NCBI GenBank assembly: GCA_964446625.1
Contig: CAYUPH010000002.1
Coordinates: 69,743 to 133,742, forward strand
Length of the DNA stretch: 64,000 nt
Direction of reading: 5' to 3'
Origin: an uncultured Candidatus Saccharibacteria bacterium
Lineage (GTDB): Bacteria; Patescibacteriota; Minisyncoccia; Phycocordibacterales; CAIRYW01
Shown here piece by piece: positions 28,148 through 37,135 of this stretch; position 1 is the first letter of the stretch, and every line of letters begins with the position of its first letter. The notes under the pieces were generated by a model. It was not told the origin of the DNA, did no database searches, and worked only from the letters and a program-made list of their open reading frames with translations. The position numbers and the translations under genes are program-made.

Positions 28148-30610
28148 TTACTTACCGTGGCACTTTTTATACTTCTTGCCACTTCCACAATAGCAAGGAT
28201 CGTTTCTTCCAGGTACATTTTCTGCTGTAACAGGAGAAGATGTACTTTGTTTTTCTTCTCCTTCAACTTCTGCAAAAGTTTCTTTGCCGTCGTCTAGTGC
28301 TTCTTCTTTGATTTGTCCGCCAATTTCTGGAATTGCTTTAAAGATGGTATCTTCAATTCCTGCTTCCATGTCTTTATAGAGTCGAAGTCCTTCTTTTTTA
28401 TACTCTACAAGTGGGTCCCTCTGACCGTAGGCTCTTAGGTTTACACTTCCCCTTAGGTAATCCATCATTTCGAGGTGGTCCATCCAGAAAAGGTCGATTG
28501 TTTGAAGGTACATACCTCGAAGCGAATCACCAAAAACTCCTTCTCCGAATTGCTCAATTTTCTTTTGGAGGATTTTCTCTAACTCCTCGTCTCCTGCAAC
28601 AATTTCTTTCATAAACTGAATCATTTCCTCTCCAGTTGAAAAGAGTGCTCTCCTTCTTTTTTCATAAACTGCCTTTCTTTGAATATTGAGAACATTGTCG
28701 TACTCAAGTACATGCTTTCGGGAATCAAAATGAAATCCTTCGATTCGAGTTTGTGCGTTTTCAATTGACCTTGATACAAGTTTCATTCCTGTAATTGGCT
28801 CATCTTCCGGTGTTTCAAGTTTTTCGAGCATCTTCTTCATCATCTCACCCGCAAACACTCGCAGGAGATCATCATCAAAAGAAACAAAGAATTGTGTTTC
28901 TCCAGGGTCTCCCTGTCTTCCCGATCTTCCCCTTAGCTGGTTATCAATTCGTCTTGCTTCATGCCGCTCTGTTCCAAGAACAAAGAGCCCTCCGAGTGCT
29001 CGAACTTCTTCGGCTTTTTCTTCAGAGAAAGGAACTCCTCCAAGTTTAATGTCTACTCCTCGTCCGGCCATGTTGGTTGCAATAGTTACAGCACCCCTCT
29101 TTCCTGCGTCTGCAATAATCTCTCCTTCCTTTTCGTGATTCTTTGCATTTAGAATCTGGTGAGGAACCCCTTCTCTTTTTAGATACGCAGAAAGAAGTTC
29201 GTTCTTTTCAATAGAAACAGTACCAATTAAAACAGGCTGCCCCTTGCTATGGAGTTCTTTTACTTTTCTCGCAACCGCCATAAACTTTCCTTTTTCGGTC
29301 TTGAAAACTAAATCATTTTCATCAATTCTTTGCACTGGTCTATGTGTTGGAACAATAACAGTGTCTAGCCCATACACTTTAAAAAACTCTTCCTTACTCG
29401 TCTCAGCAGTTCCTGTCATACCTGAGAGCTTTCCATACATTCGGAAATAGTTCTGGTATGTCACAGACGCATAGGTTCGTGATTCTTCTTTTATATTAAC
29501 GCCCTCCTTCGCTTCAATTGCCTGATGAAGTCCTTCTGACCATCTGCGTCCCGGTTGCATTCGTCCCGTAAACTCATCTACTATTACAATTTCTCCGTCT
29601 TTTACCACATATTCTTTGTCGCGATTAAAAAGTGCTTTCGCTTTTACCGCTGTCTCCAAGTGGTGAACAAATTTTACACCTCCTTCTGCGTATAAATTTT
29701 GGATATTAAGTGCCTTTTCAGCTTTTTCAATTCCTGCTTCTGTGAGTGCAATAGATCGAAACTTCTCATCTACTGTAAAGTCTGTCTCCTTTTCAAAAGT
29801 TCCCGCAATTTTTGCAAAAGTCTCATAAAGCTTTTCAGATTTGTTTGCAGGCGCTGAAATAATAAGAGGCGTTCTCGCTTCATCAATTAAAATCGAGTCT
29901 ACTTCATCAACGATAGCAAAGAAAAATTCTCTTTGTACTACCTGATCCTTTCGGTATGAAATATTGTCGCGGAGATAGTCAAAACCGAATTCACTGTTTG
30001 TTCCGTAGGTTATGTCTGCCGCATATGCTTCCTTTTTAGTAACGGGTCTTAGGAATTCATGTACAACTTTGTACGATGCTACTTCATCTTTTTCGGTATC
30101 TAACTCTTTATGATTCGGATCATATATATATGCACTATCGCTGTTTAGTACTCCAGTTGAAAGTCCTAAAAATGCAAAAAGCTCTCCCATCCAGACTGCG
30201 TCTCTCCTTGAAAGATAATCGTTTACCGTCACAAGATGCACTCCTTTTTCAGCAAGCGCGTTTAGATAGAGTGGAAGTGTTGCAACAAGTGTCTTTCCCT
30301 CCCCAGTTCGCATTTCTGTAATTTTACCAAAGTGAAGCGCAGCACCTCCAAGAAGCTGTTCATCAAAGTGTCTCATTCCAAGGCACCTTTTAGACGCTTC
30401 TCTAGTTAGAGCAAAGGCTTCAGGGAGAAGAGAATCTAGACTCTCACCTTTTTTTACCCTTTCTTTAAGTTCGTTTGTTTTGGTTGGGAAATCACTGTCT
30501 AGAAGCTTTGTATACTCCTCCTCAAAAGAGACAACCTTTTTAAGGAGAGGTGCGTAAGAATTAAGTGCTTTTGTTGACGAATTTCCAAATATACTTTCTA
30601 AGATTTTCAT
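28148..30610 (-). CDS. secA: Preprotein translocase SecA
   Basis: MRTGEGKT, DEVDSILIDEAR, RSGRQGDPG, C-terminal SEC-C (CYCGSGKKYKKCH). Confidence 0.98.
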   Translation of the reverse strand: MKILESIFGNSSTKALNSYAPLLKKVVSFEEEYTKLLDSDFPTKTNELKERVKKGESLDSLLPEAFALTREASKRCLGMRHFDEQLLGGAALHFGKITEMRTGEGKTLVATLPLYLNALAEKGVHLVTVNDYLSRRDAVWMGELFAFLGLSTGVLNSDSAYIYDPNHKELDTEKDEVASYKVVHEFLRPVTKKEAYAADITYGTNSEFGFDYLRDNISYRKDQVVQREFFFAIVDEVDSILIDEARTPLIISAPANKSEKLYETFAKIAGTFEKETDFTVDEKFRSIALTEAGIEKAEKALNIQNLYAEGGVKFVHHLETAVKAKALFNRDKEYVVKDGEIVIVDEFTGRMQPGRRWSEGLHQAIEAKEGVNIKEESRTYASVTYQNYFRMYGKLSGMTGTAETSKEEFFKVYGLDTVIVPTHRPVQRIDENDLVFKTEKGKFMAVARKVKELHSKGQPVLIGTVSIEKNELLSAYLKREGVPHQILNAKNHEKEGEIIADAGKRGAVTIATNMAGRGVDIKLGGVPFSEEKAEEVRALGGLFVLGTERHEARRIDNQLRGRSGRQGDPGETQFFVSFDDDLLRVFAGEMMKKMLEKLETPEDEPITGMKLVSRSIENAQTRIEGFHFDSRKHVLEYDNVLNIQRKAVYEKRRRALFSTGEEMIQFMKEIVAGDEELEKILQKKIEQFGEGVFGDSLRGMYLQTIDLFWMDHLEMMDYLRGSVNLRAYGQRDPLVEYKKEGLRLYKDMEAGIEDTIFKAIPEIGGQIKEEALDDGKETFAEVEGEEKQSTSSPVTAENVPGRNDPCYCGSGKKYKKCHGK

Positions 30611-30648
30611 ATTTTTGTGTCTAGGGATTCTACCATAAAAAATACAAA

Positions 30649-30680
30649 CAAAAAACCTCCGGCATGCCGGAGGTTTTTTG
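30649..30680. terminator. 32-bp perfect palindrome; terminator of the Lys-rich peptide gene
   Basis: caaaaaacctccggcatgccggaggttttttg. Confidence 0.85.
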
Positions 30681-30686
30681 AAAAAA

Positions 30687-30776
30687 CTAAGCTCGTTTCT
30701 TTGTAGTTTTTTTCTTAGCTACTTTCTTTGTAGCTTTTTTTGTAGCTTTCTTAGCTGCTTTCTTTTTTGCTGCCAT
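30687..30776 (-). CDS. 29-aa Lys/Ala-rich histone-H1-like peptide
   Basis: Hand translation MAAKKKAAKKATKKATKKVAKKKTTKKRA*; own promoter candidate (TTGTAA-16-GATAAT, 30900-30927) and terminator; below ORF-track cutoff. Confidence 0.8.
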   Translation of the reverse strand: MAAKKKAAKKATKKATKKVAKKKTTKKRA

Positions 30777-30945
30777 GTTTTTGTGTTTCGCTATTTCTTT
30801 TTTCTTTGGAGTGGAAAGAAAGAGCGAAAAAAAAATTTTTAATAAGTTGTCTCCCTAAAATAATTTCGACCGAAAATATTTTTTGAAGATACAACATAAA
30901 TTATCTCGCATTAAAAAATTTTTACAAGAATTTTTTTCAAAAAAG

Positions 30946-30954
30946 TGTGGATAA
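30946..30954 (-). promoter_or_regulatory. Single perfect DnaA box
   Basis: tgtggataa = TTATCCACA on the minus strand, in a very AT-rich intergenic region. Confidence 0.45.
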
Positions 30955-30998
30955 CTTTTTTAAAAAATATTTTTAGAAAACTTTTTTGAAAAAAATTT

Positions 30999-31039
30999 AA
31001 AATAAAATGCCAGTAAACTTTTTACTGGCATTTTATTTT
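30999..31039 (-). terminator. Terminator downstream of murB
   Basis: aaaataaaatgccagtaaa-ctt-tttactggcattttatttt (19-bp arms). Confidence 0.85.
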
Positions 31040-31061
31040 TAAGAAAATAATTTTTGCTTTT

Positions 31062-32132
31062 TTAATTTTTATTTTGCACGTTTGTAAGAAGGACAACTTC
31101 TTCTTCAATCACTACTCCTGTCTTTTCCAAAACAATATCTTTTACTTTTTCTTTGAAACTCACAATTTCATCAGAAGAAGCGCCACCATAATTTACAAGA
31201 ACAAGTGTTTGATTTTTAAAGAGACCAACGGCACCTTCTTTGTAATCCCGGAGGCCACATACTTTGTCGAGAAGGAATGCTGTTGAAATCTTAAACACAC
31301 CCCCTGGCATTTCATAGACAGGTAAATCGGGAAAATTCTTTTTGAGTTCATCCGCTTTTTCTTTTGAAACGAGAGCGTTTTTAAAAAAAGACCCTGCTGT
31401 CCCGTAGATGTTTAAGTCAGGAAACTTTTTTGCTCGAATTGAAAGAACAGCACTCCTCACTTCTTCGCTTGTTTCGGGAGCTTTTTTTTGCTCTGCAAAA
31501 AAAAGCTCCAAATCTTTATACGCAATTTTAAACTTCTTTTCTTTTGAAAGTACAAACTCAATTGACAGTACTATGTATTTACCAGGTTTCTTTTTAAAAA
31601 CACTTTCTCTATAACCAAAAAAACACTCCTTGTTTGTGAGTATTTTTTCTACGGAGTCCTCCGTATCAAACACTTTCACATTTTTTACTACTTCTCTTAC
31701 TTCCGCTCCATACGCACCTATGTTTTGTATAACTGAAGCTCCAACAGTTCCAGGTATACCAGATAAGTTTTCAATACCAAAATAATTCTTTTTTGTAGTC
31801 ATTTTCACAAAGTCGTCCCAACTTTCTCCCGCTGCAACTTGCATGGTAACAATGTCAAAGTCTTCTGTTTCTTCTATTCCTTTATTTTTTATTTTTATAA
31901 CAACACCGAAGTAACCTTCATCTGGCACCAAAGTGTTTGATCCGCCACCGAGTACAAAAAAAGGGAGGTTTTTTTGCTTTGCAAAAGAGAGACCCAAACG
32001 TACATCCTCCGTACTTTCTGCATCAAGAAAGTACATAGCAGGACCACCTACTTTCATTGTGGTATGTACAGAAAGCAAAACCCCTTCTTTAGGGGTTTTG
32101 CTTGTTATATTTTTGTCAGGATTTTGTTCCAT
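31062..32132 (-). CDS. murB: UDP-N-acetylmuramate dehydrogenase
   Basis: GGGSN, ENLSGIPGTVGA..QNIGAYG, FGYRES, AGSFFKN; start set at ATG 32132. Confidence 0.95.
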   Translation of the reverse strand: MEQNPDKNITSKTPKEGVLLSVHTTMKVGGPAMYFLDAESTEDVRLGLSFAKQKNLPFFVLGGGSNTLVPDEGYFGVVIKIKNKGIEETEDFDIVTMQVAAGESWDDFVKMTTKKNYFGIENLSGIPGTVGASVIQNIGAYGAEVREVVKNVKVFDTEDSVEKILTNKECFFGYRESVFKKKPGKYIVLSIEFVLSKEKKFKIAYKDLELFFAEQKKAPETSEEVRSAVLSIRAKKFPDLNIYGTAGSFFKNALVSKEKADELKKNFPDLPVYEMPGGVFKISTAFLLDKVCGLRDYKEGAVGLFKNQTLVLVNYGGASSDEIVSFKEKVKDIVLEKTGVVIEEEVVLLTNVQNKN

Positions 32133-32134
32133 AC

Positions 32135-32200
32135 CTTCATGGCCGACGGATGCGAGCTCCAACAAATACCACTTTGTGAGTGCGACCGTCAGCCATGAAG
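32135..32200 (-). promoter_or_regulatory. murB leader hairpin containing a 19-aa uORF (32137-32196)
   Basis: Arms cttcatggc (32135-32143) / gccatgaag (32192-32200) plus inner pairing; uORF MADGRTHKVVFVGARIRRP-TGA ends 4 nt before the murB ATG; promoter TGCTATAAT at 32219-32227. Confidence 0.6.
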
Positions 32201-32240
32201 ACAAAGAAGCTGTTACCTATTATAGCACAGAGGACTATAT

Positions 32241-32324
32241 AAAAAACACAAAACCCGCACGGGGCGGGTTTTGCGAGTGGTATTTGTTTTAAAGCAGCAT
32301 CATTAGAAAATTCCGCTACTCACA
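32241..32324 (-). ncRNA. Candidate ~84-nt small RNA complementary to the murB leader
   Basis: Promoter TTGACA-16-TAGTAT with TGn (32330-32357); terminator caaaacccgc/gcgggttttg+T tract (32241-32273); contains AACAAATACCACT, the exact complement of leader 32161-32173. Confidence 0.55.
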
Positions 32325-32367
32325 GAGCTATACTATCAGATTATTAAGAAATGTCAAATTATTAATC

Positions 32368-34578
32368 CTATTTTAAGGTCACTCCCCTCTTTGCAAACTC
32401 TGCAACAAGAAATGGTGGCACTTCTCCCTTAGAAACAGAAAAAGGATTTATTACTTGTTTTGCCTCCGTAACCTTACCCGTAAGAAGAAGCGAGAATGTG
32501 TAGAGAACTGCCACTTCCCGAAGTTCGGGAGTTTTTTCGTACTGCTGACTCAATATTTCTTTTGCTTTAACAGCATCGTTTTGGTTAAGGTAAAAAATTG
32601 CATTTTGGAGAGAAAACTGTGGTTTGTTTGGAGAAACCTCTGCTATCTTTGAGAGCAAGTCGGAAGAAACTCTCACGAAATCTTGTCTCTTCTCCCCTGT
32701 TGTCATGAGAGTGATTTGATTTGTAAATGTCACAAAAGCAAGAAGACTTCTCGCATCCTTTGGGTGCTCAATAATTTGTTTCTTATACTCATCGACCACC
32801 GCTTCAGTAAAGTAAGCCTTCACGTCATACGGAACAGACGGCATTAAAGCGAGCTGGTTTGCGAAGCTTAGGAAATACTCCCGCCCTTCACTTCTTCCTA
32901 TTGGAAAACCATTTATCGAATTAAGGAAGTCCGACTTTACAACAGATACATCATTAGTTCTTTTTGTATTTGTGTAAGCACCTATGAGACGAACATTTTG
33001 TACGATTCCAGGAATATTTATTAAATACACAATTACAATTCCACCAAGTAACACTCCCCCAATACCAAGAGGCGGAAGAGTGTTTTTTGGATGAACTTTT
33101 TGTAACGCTTTTTCTACAAAATTTTCCTTTTCTGTAAAAGAGTTAATAATTCCAATAAATGCAAAAAACAAAAGGTAACTTGCAATGTTATCGAAGATAA
33201 ACAAGTTCTGAAATGCATAAGCTAAGATAAGTCCAAACACCAAAGCAGCAAATACCCTGTCCTCCACGTATTTCTTTCTAATCAAAACATACAAGATAAA
33301 TATATAGAGAGAAAGGTAAAGTGAAAGAGAAAGAAGTCCACCTGCAACAAGCCAGTCAAGGAAAACGTTGTGTGACCTATCAAACCAAGGCTCGTGTCTC
33401 CATAATTCATTTCTATAATAGTGTGAAAAAACATAATTAAAACCTTCTTGCCCAAAACCTAGAAGCGCCGTCTTTGGACTTGAGAAAGAAGCCTCGATTG
33501 CCATTGGCCAGATAATTGCACGTGCCTGTGTTTGTGTTTCTGAAAGAGAAATTACTGCAAAACGACCCAGGACAGGATGAGTTTTTACATACTCTGTATT
33601 TTTAAAAGCAAAGAAAAGCGAAACAACAAGTATCACTCCTCCAAGAATAATATAAGAAACCCTTTTAATGTTTTTATCGGTTTTATTAAAGAGAACAAAA
33701 ACAGATCCTGCAATAAGTCCCCCAATAAGTCCAATTACCGCTCCACGAGTTTGAGTATAAAATGTTACGAAAGCAAAGAGAAAAAGAAGTGCGGTATAAA
33801 GTATAGGCACAAAAACACGACTAAAGGTTTTATTTTTCCAAAGGAAGAGCATTAGAGCTGACACTAGGGAAAAACAGAAAGCAACAATAGCAACCGTACT
33901 GAACTCAAAGGAACTATTACTCCTTTTTATTCCAATGAAAACATATAGATACTGTACTAAAAAAAGTAAACTTCCAAAAAGAAACACTTTTGCAACTGCT
34001 TGTTCTTCTGTTTTTTTTCTCCAGAAGATCAGCAGTGTAACAAAAAAAGCAAAAAGCATTACTCCCCCTAGGTACGCAGGGTTTCCGAGTGTTGAGTCAA
34101 TTCGAGCATGAGCAGGAGTAGCTAATCCACCTACAAATTGAACAATTCCGTATAAAGCAATCGCAAGTCCTGTCGAAAGAAAAGAGACAAAAAAGTTATT
34201 TTGTTTTTCTTCTGTCCGAAGAACAAATGAAGCAAGAAAATAAAAAAGAACGACATGAGCAATTCCTACAAACCCCTCCATTCTTTCAAAATTGCTCCAA
34301 AACGCTTTAGTAACATCTACTGCAAAAATATCAGCAACAAAAACCGCTCCAAGAAACCCAAGTATTGAATAGAAAAGAAAACCTCTTTTAGGGCGGGCAG
34401 TTTTGTCTGATAGGCAAAGTAATAGATATAAGATACCTCCCAATCCTACAAGGATCCGAAAGGCAAAGTTTTTACCTGTAATAAAAGGAAAGAACATGCT
34501 GTTTGGAATCAGTATAAGCACGACTGGAACAAGATAAACCAAAAGGCTAATAGTTTTCTGAAGAATATTGTTTTTCAT
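32368..34578 (-). CDS. O-antigen ligase / oligosaccharyltransferase-like (Wzy_C) membrane protein with helical C-terminal domain
   Basis: STLGNPAYL, TQTRGA, GFGQE, DRSHNVFLD; many TMs. Confidence 0.85.
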   Translation of the reverse strand: MKNNILQKTISLLVYLVPVVLILIPNSMFFPFITGKNFAFRILVGLGGILYLLLCLSDKTARPKRGFLFYSILGFLGAVFVADIFAVDVTKAFWSNFERMEGFVGIAHVVLFYFLASFVLRTEEKQNNFFVSFLSTGLAIALYGIVQFVGGLATPAHARIDSTLGNPAYLGGVMLFAFFVTLLIFWRKKTEEQAVAKVFLFGSLLFLVQYLYVFIGIKRSNSSFEFSTVAIVAFCFSLVSALMLFLWKNKTFSRVFVPILYTALLFLFAFVTFYTQTRGAVIGLIGGLIAGSVFVLFNKTDKNIKRVSYIILGGVILVVSLFFAFKNTEYVKTHPVLGRFAVISLSETQTQARAIIWPMAIEASFSSPKTALLGFGQEGFNYVFSHYYRNELWRHEPWFDRSHNVFLDWLVAGGLLSLSLYLSLYIFILYVLIRKKYVEDRVFAALVFGLILAYAFQNLFIFDNIASYLLFFAFIGIINSFTEKENFVEKALQKVHPKNTLPPLGIGGVLLGGIVIVYLINIPGIVQNVRLIGAYTNTKRTNDVSVVKSDFLNSINGFPIGRSEGREYFLSFANQLALMPSVPYDVKAYFTEAVVDEYKKQIIEHPKDARSLLAFVTFTNQITLMTTGEKRQDFVRVSSDLLSKIAEVSPNKPQFSLQNAIFYLNQNDAVKAKEILSQQYEKTPELREVAVLYTFSLLLTGKVTEAKQVINPFSVSKGEVPPFLVAEFAKRGVTLK

Positions 34579-34655
34579 ATTATTTCATATTAACACACCC
34601 CTTACACTCAATCTATATAAATAAGAGTGCTAAAATATAGCCTATACTATAATAT

Positions 34656-35807
34656 ATGTATATGCGAATAAAAAAATGGATCCTGACGTTCTTTCAAGAA
34701 CCATACTGGTGCCTTATCTTTGCTGGTATCGTAGGGCTTTTGTGCATAAAAATCCTCCCTCCTGTGCCTGTGATATCAGATTTTAAAGATTACGACGATA
34801 TTGCCCTCCACATCGTGAGCACAGGAGAATTTCGTACAATCTCAAATGAGGAGATTATCTATCCCCCACTTTACCCTTACTTTCTCTCTGCCATATACAT
34901 TGGGCTTGGTTATAACTATAATTTTGTATATTTTATTCAATTTCTTCTTTTGGGCGGTATTGCGGGAACCTTTTTTGTTATCGCAAAAAAATATTTCTCT
35001 TTTTCAACACTTCTCGCATCAACCCTTGCTCTCGCAATTTTACTTTGGCCATACACTCTTCTCTATTCTTTTGTCCTAAGCAACGAAATACTCTTTATGT
35101 TCTTTCTTTCGCTCTCTGCATTTTATTTTTTAAAATTCATCTCTGAAAAGAAAAAAACTGATGTGTTGCTAAGTGGCACCCTAGTTGCCTTCGCAGTCCT
35201 TACACGTCCAGTAGCACTTCTTCTGCCTCTTTGGGTATTTATCGGACTTTATATATTTAAAAAAATTAAAGTTATAGAATTAGAAAAAGAACACTTTAGA
35301 AAAGGTGTCTTTATCTTTCTTCTTTTTGTAGCACTACTTCTTCCTTGGACATTGTATGTCAAAGAAAAATTTAACCGATTTATCCCAGTTGCATCTAATC
35401 TTTCCGCAGTTTTCAGCAAGGCAAATAAAACTTTCGAATACGACCCGACACTGGCGAGCAAAAATACAACATCAGCTTTATTAAAAGCTAAAATTAAAAA
35501 CCTTTATCTCTTTTGGAATCCAGGGGCAAGTGGATACCATGTTGAGATACTTAAAAATAAAATTCCTCATGCTTCTTTTTTGCTTTGGTGTTATAGGATA
35601 GTTTTTGTTACATTTGTTGTACTAGGACTTTTTTCTCTTAAATTTATAAAAAAGAAAAAAGAAGTAGCTGTGCTATTTTCTATTATTTTGTATTTCTGGG
35701 CGCTTCACAGTGTTCTTTTTCCATTTCCACGATACACCTTGCCAATTATGCCGTTTGTGATTATGCTAGCCTTTTACACATTGCTACAATTCAAAAGAAA
35801 TGCCTAA
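34656..35807 (+). CDS. GT-C fold (PMT_2-like) glycosyltransferase
   Basis: D-x-x-x-Y first loop, YPPLYP, LSNE, LTRP, PRY..P; polytopic. Confidence 0.8.
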   Translation: MYMRIKKWILTFFQEPYWCLIFAGIVGLLCIKILPPVPVISDFKDYDDIALHIVSTGEFRTISNEEIIYPPLYPYFLSAIYIGLGYNYNFVYFIQFLLLGGIAGTFFVIAKKYFSFSTLLASTLALAILLWPYTLLYSFVLSNEILFMFFLSLSAFYFLKFISEKKKTDVLLSGTLVAFAVLTRPVALLLPLWVFIGLYIFKKIKVIELEKEHFRKGVFIFLLFVALLLPWTLYVKEKFNRFIPVASNLSAVFSKANKTFEYDPTLASKNTTSALLKAKIKNLYLFWNPGASGYHVEILKNKIPHASFLLWCYRIVFVTFVVLGLFSLKFIKKKKEVAVLFSIILYFWALHSVLFPFPRYTLPIMPFVIMLAFYTLLQFKRNA

Positions 35808-36759
35808 AAAAATATTACTCTCGATTCCAGCTAAGAACGAAGAATCCACTTTAGAAAAAGTGATTGAAGATGCGACTTCCGAACTCAAAAAGTGTAACTT
35901 TGAGGAAATTCTAGTTCTTGTTGTAGATGATGGGTCAACCGATAACACAAAACAAATAGCAGAAAAATCAGGCGCGTATGTTATTCATCATAAAAAAAGC
36001 AAGGGTCTTGGCGTTGCTTTCTCGAGAGCGATTGAATACGCACTCGAGAAAGATGCAGATATTGTTCTTACCATCGATGCAGACAATCAATTTAGAGCAG
36101 AAGATATACCAAATATACTCTCCCCTCTCCTTAGTAAAAAAGCTGATTTCGTAACAGGATCTCGTTTTCTAAAAGATTCAAAAGTATCTGGAATCCCGTT
36201 TGCAAAAAGAATCGGCAATAGGCTCATGTCCGAACTTATTAGCTCGATTCTTAAAGAAGAATTTAAAGATGTGTCCTGTGGTTTTAGAGCCTATAATAAG
36301 GAGGCGCTTCACCATCTAAACCTATTTGGGAAGTTTACTTATACTCAAGAAGTTTTTATCAATCTTGCAGCAAAAGATTTTCGAATCTACGAAGTGCCTA
36401 TTACAGTAGAGTATTTTAAAGAAAGAACATCGCGTATTGCATCAAGCCTTCTGCGCTACGGACTTCAAACTTCTCGAATTATTTTCAGCTCAGTAATACA
36501 CTATGCGCCGATGCGCCTTTTTGGAGGATTTGCGATTATTACTTTTCTCCTTGGATTCCCCCCCGTTCTTATACTTGGTATCCGCTATGTACTTACAGAC
36601 ATGATTACTCCCTTTAAAGGAATTGCAATTTCAGGAATAGTTTTGCTTGTCGTTTCTTTCGCTTCATTTACTTCTGGTTTAGTACTTCAAATTCTAAGTC
36701 GACTACAATTAAGTATTGAAAAGAATATATATTATGCTCGCAAAAATTCTCGAAAATAA
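35800..36759 (+). CDS. GT2 polyprenol-phosphate glycosyltransferase
   Basis: IPAKNEE, DDGSTD, IDADNQ, GSRF, two C-terminal TMs. Confidence 0.9.
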   Translation: MPKKILLSIPAKNEESTLEKVIEDATSELKKCNFEEILVLVVDDGSTDNTKQIAEKSGAYVIHHKKSKGLGVAFSRAIEYALEKDADIVLTIDADNQFRAEDIPNILSPLLSKKADFVTGSRFLKDSKVSGIPFAKRIGNRLMSELISSILKEEFKDVSCGFRAYNKEALHHLNLFGKFTYTQEVFINLAAKDFRIYEVPITVEYFKERTSRIASSLLRYGLQTSRIIFSSVIHYAPMRLFGGFAIITFLLGFPPVLILGIRYVLTDMITPFKGIAISGIVLLVVSFASFTSGLVLQILSRLQLSIEKNIYYARKNSRK

Positions 36760-37135
36760 ATACATAAAAAAGATTCACGATCTTCTTCGCTACGGACTAG
36801 TCGCAGCAATCAGTTACCCTGTTATATACGGAGGAACTTTCGTACTGGTTACATTAGGTCTGACTGAAAACACAGCATATCTTATTACCCTTTCTTTTGT
36901 ATATATAGGAGTATATTTTGCGTATACTAATTTTGTTTTCCGAAAAAATACCTCGAAGAAAACAATTGTTCGTTTCCTTGTCTCACTTTTACTTATTTGG
37001 GTTATTAACAACACATCATTTGCAGTTTTTCATAATCTCCTCCACTTGCATTACCTCATCGCAATCACACTCAATATCATCATATTTGGAGGAATAAAGT
37101 TTCTCATTCAAAAAATGTATGTTTTCAAAGACTAA
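36734..37135 (+). CDS. GtrA-like flippase
   Basis: Four TMs, RYGLV...FVF...RFL...YVFK. Confidence 0.8.
   Translation: MLAKILENKYIKKIHDLLRYGLVAAISYPVIYGGTFVLVTLGLTENTAYLITLSFVYIGVYFAYTNFVFRKNTSKKTIVRFLVSLLLIWVINNTSFAVFHNLLHLHYLIAITLNIIIFGGIKFLIQKMYVFKD

Noticed and set aside
30900-31060. Replication origin
   Set aside because: AT-rich but only one clear DnaA box, no dnaA/dnaN nearby, and gene orientation does not switch
32135-32324. SRP, 6S, tmRNA or tRNA identity for the structured elements
   Set aside because: No SRP GGAA-loop/AGCAG motif, no cloverleaf or tmRNA ends, each unit too short for 6S; a covariance-model search is still needed to exclude divergent forms
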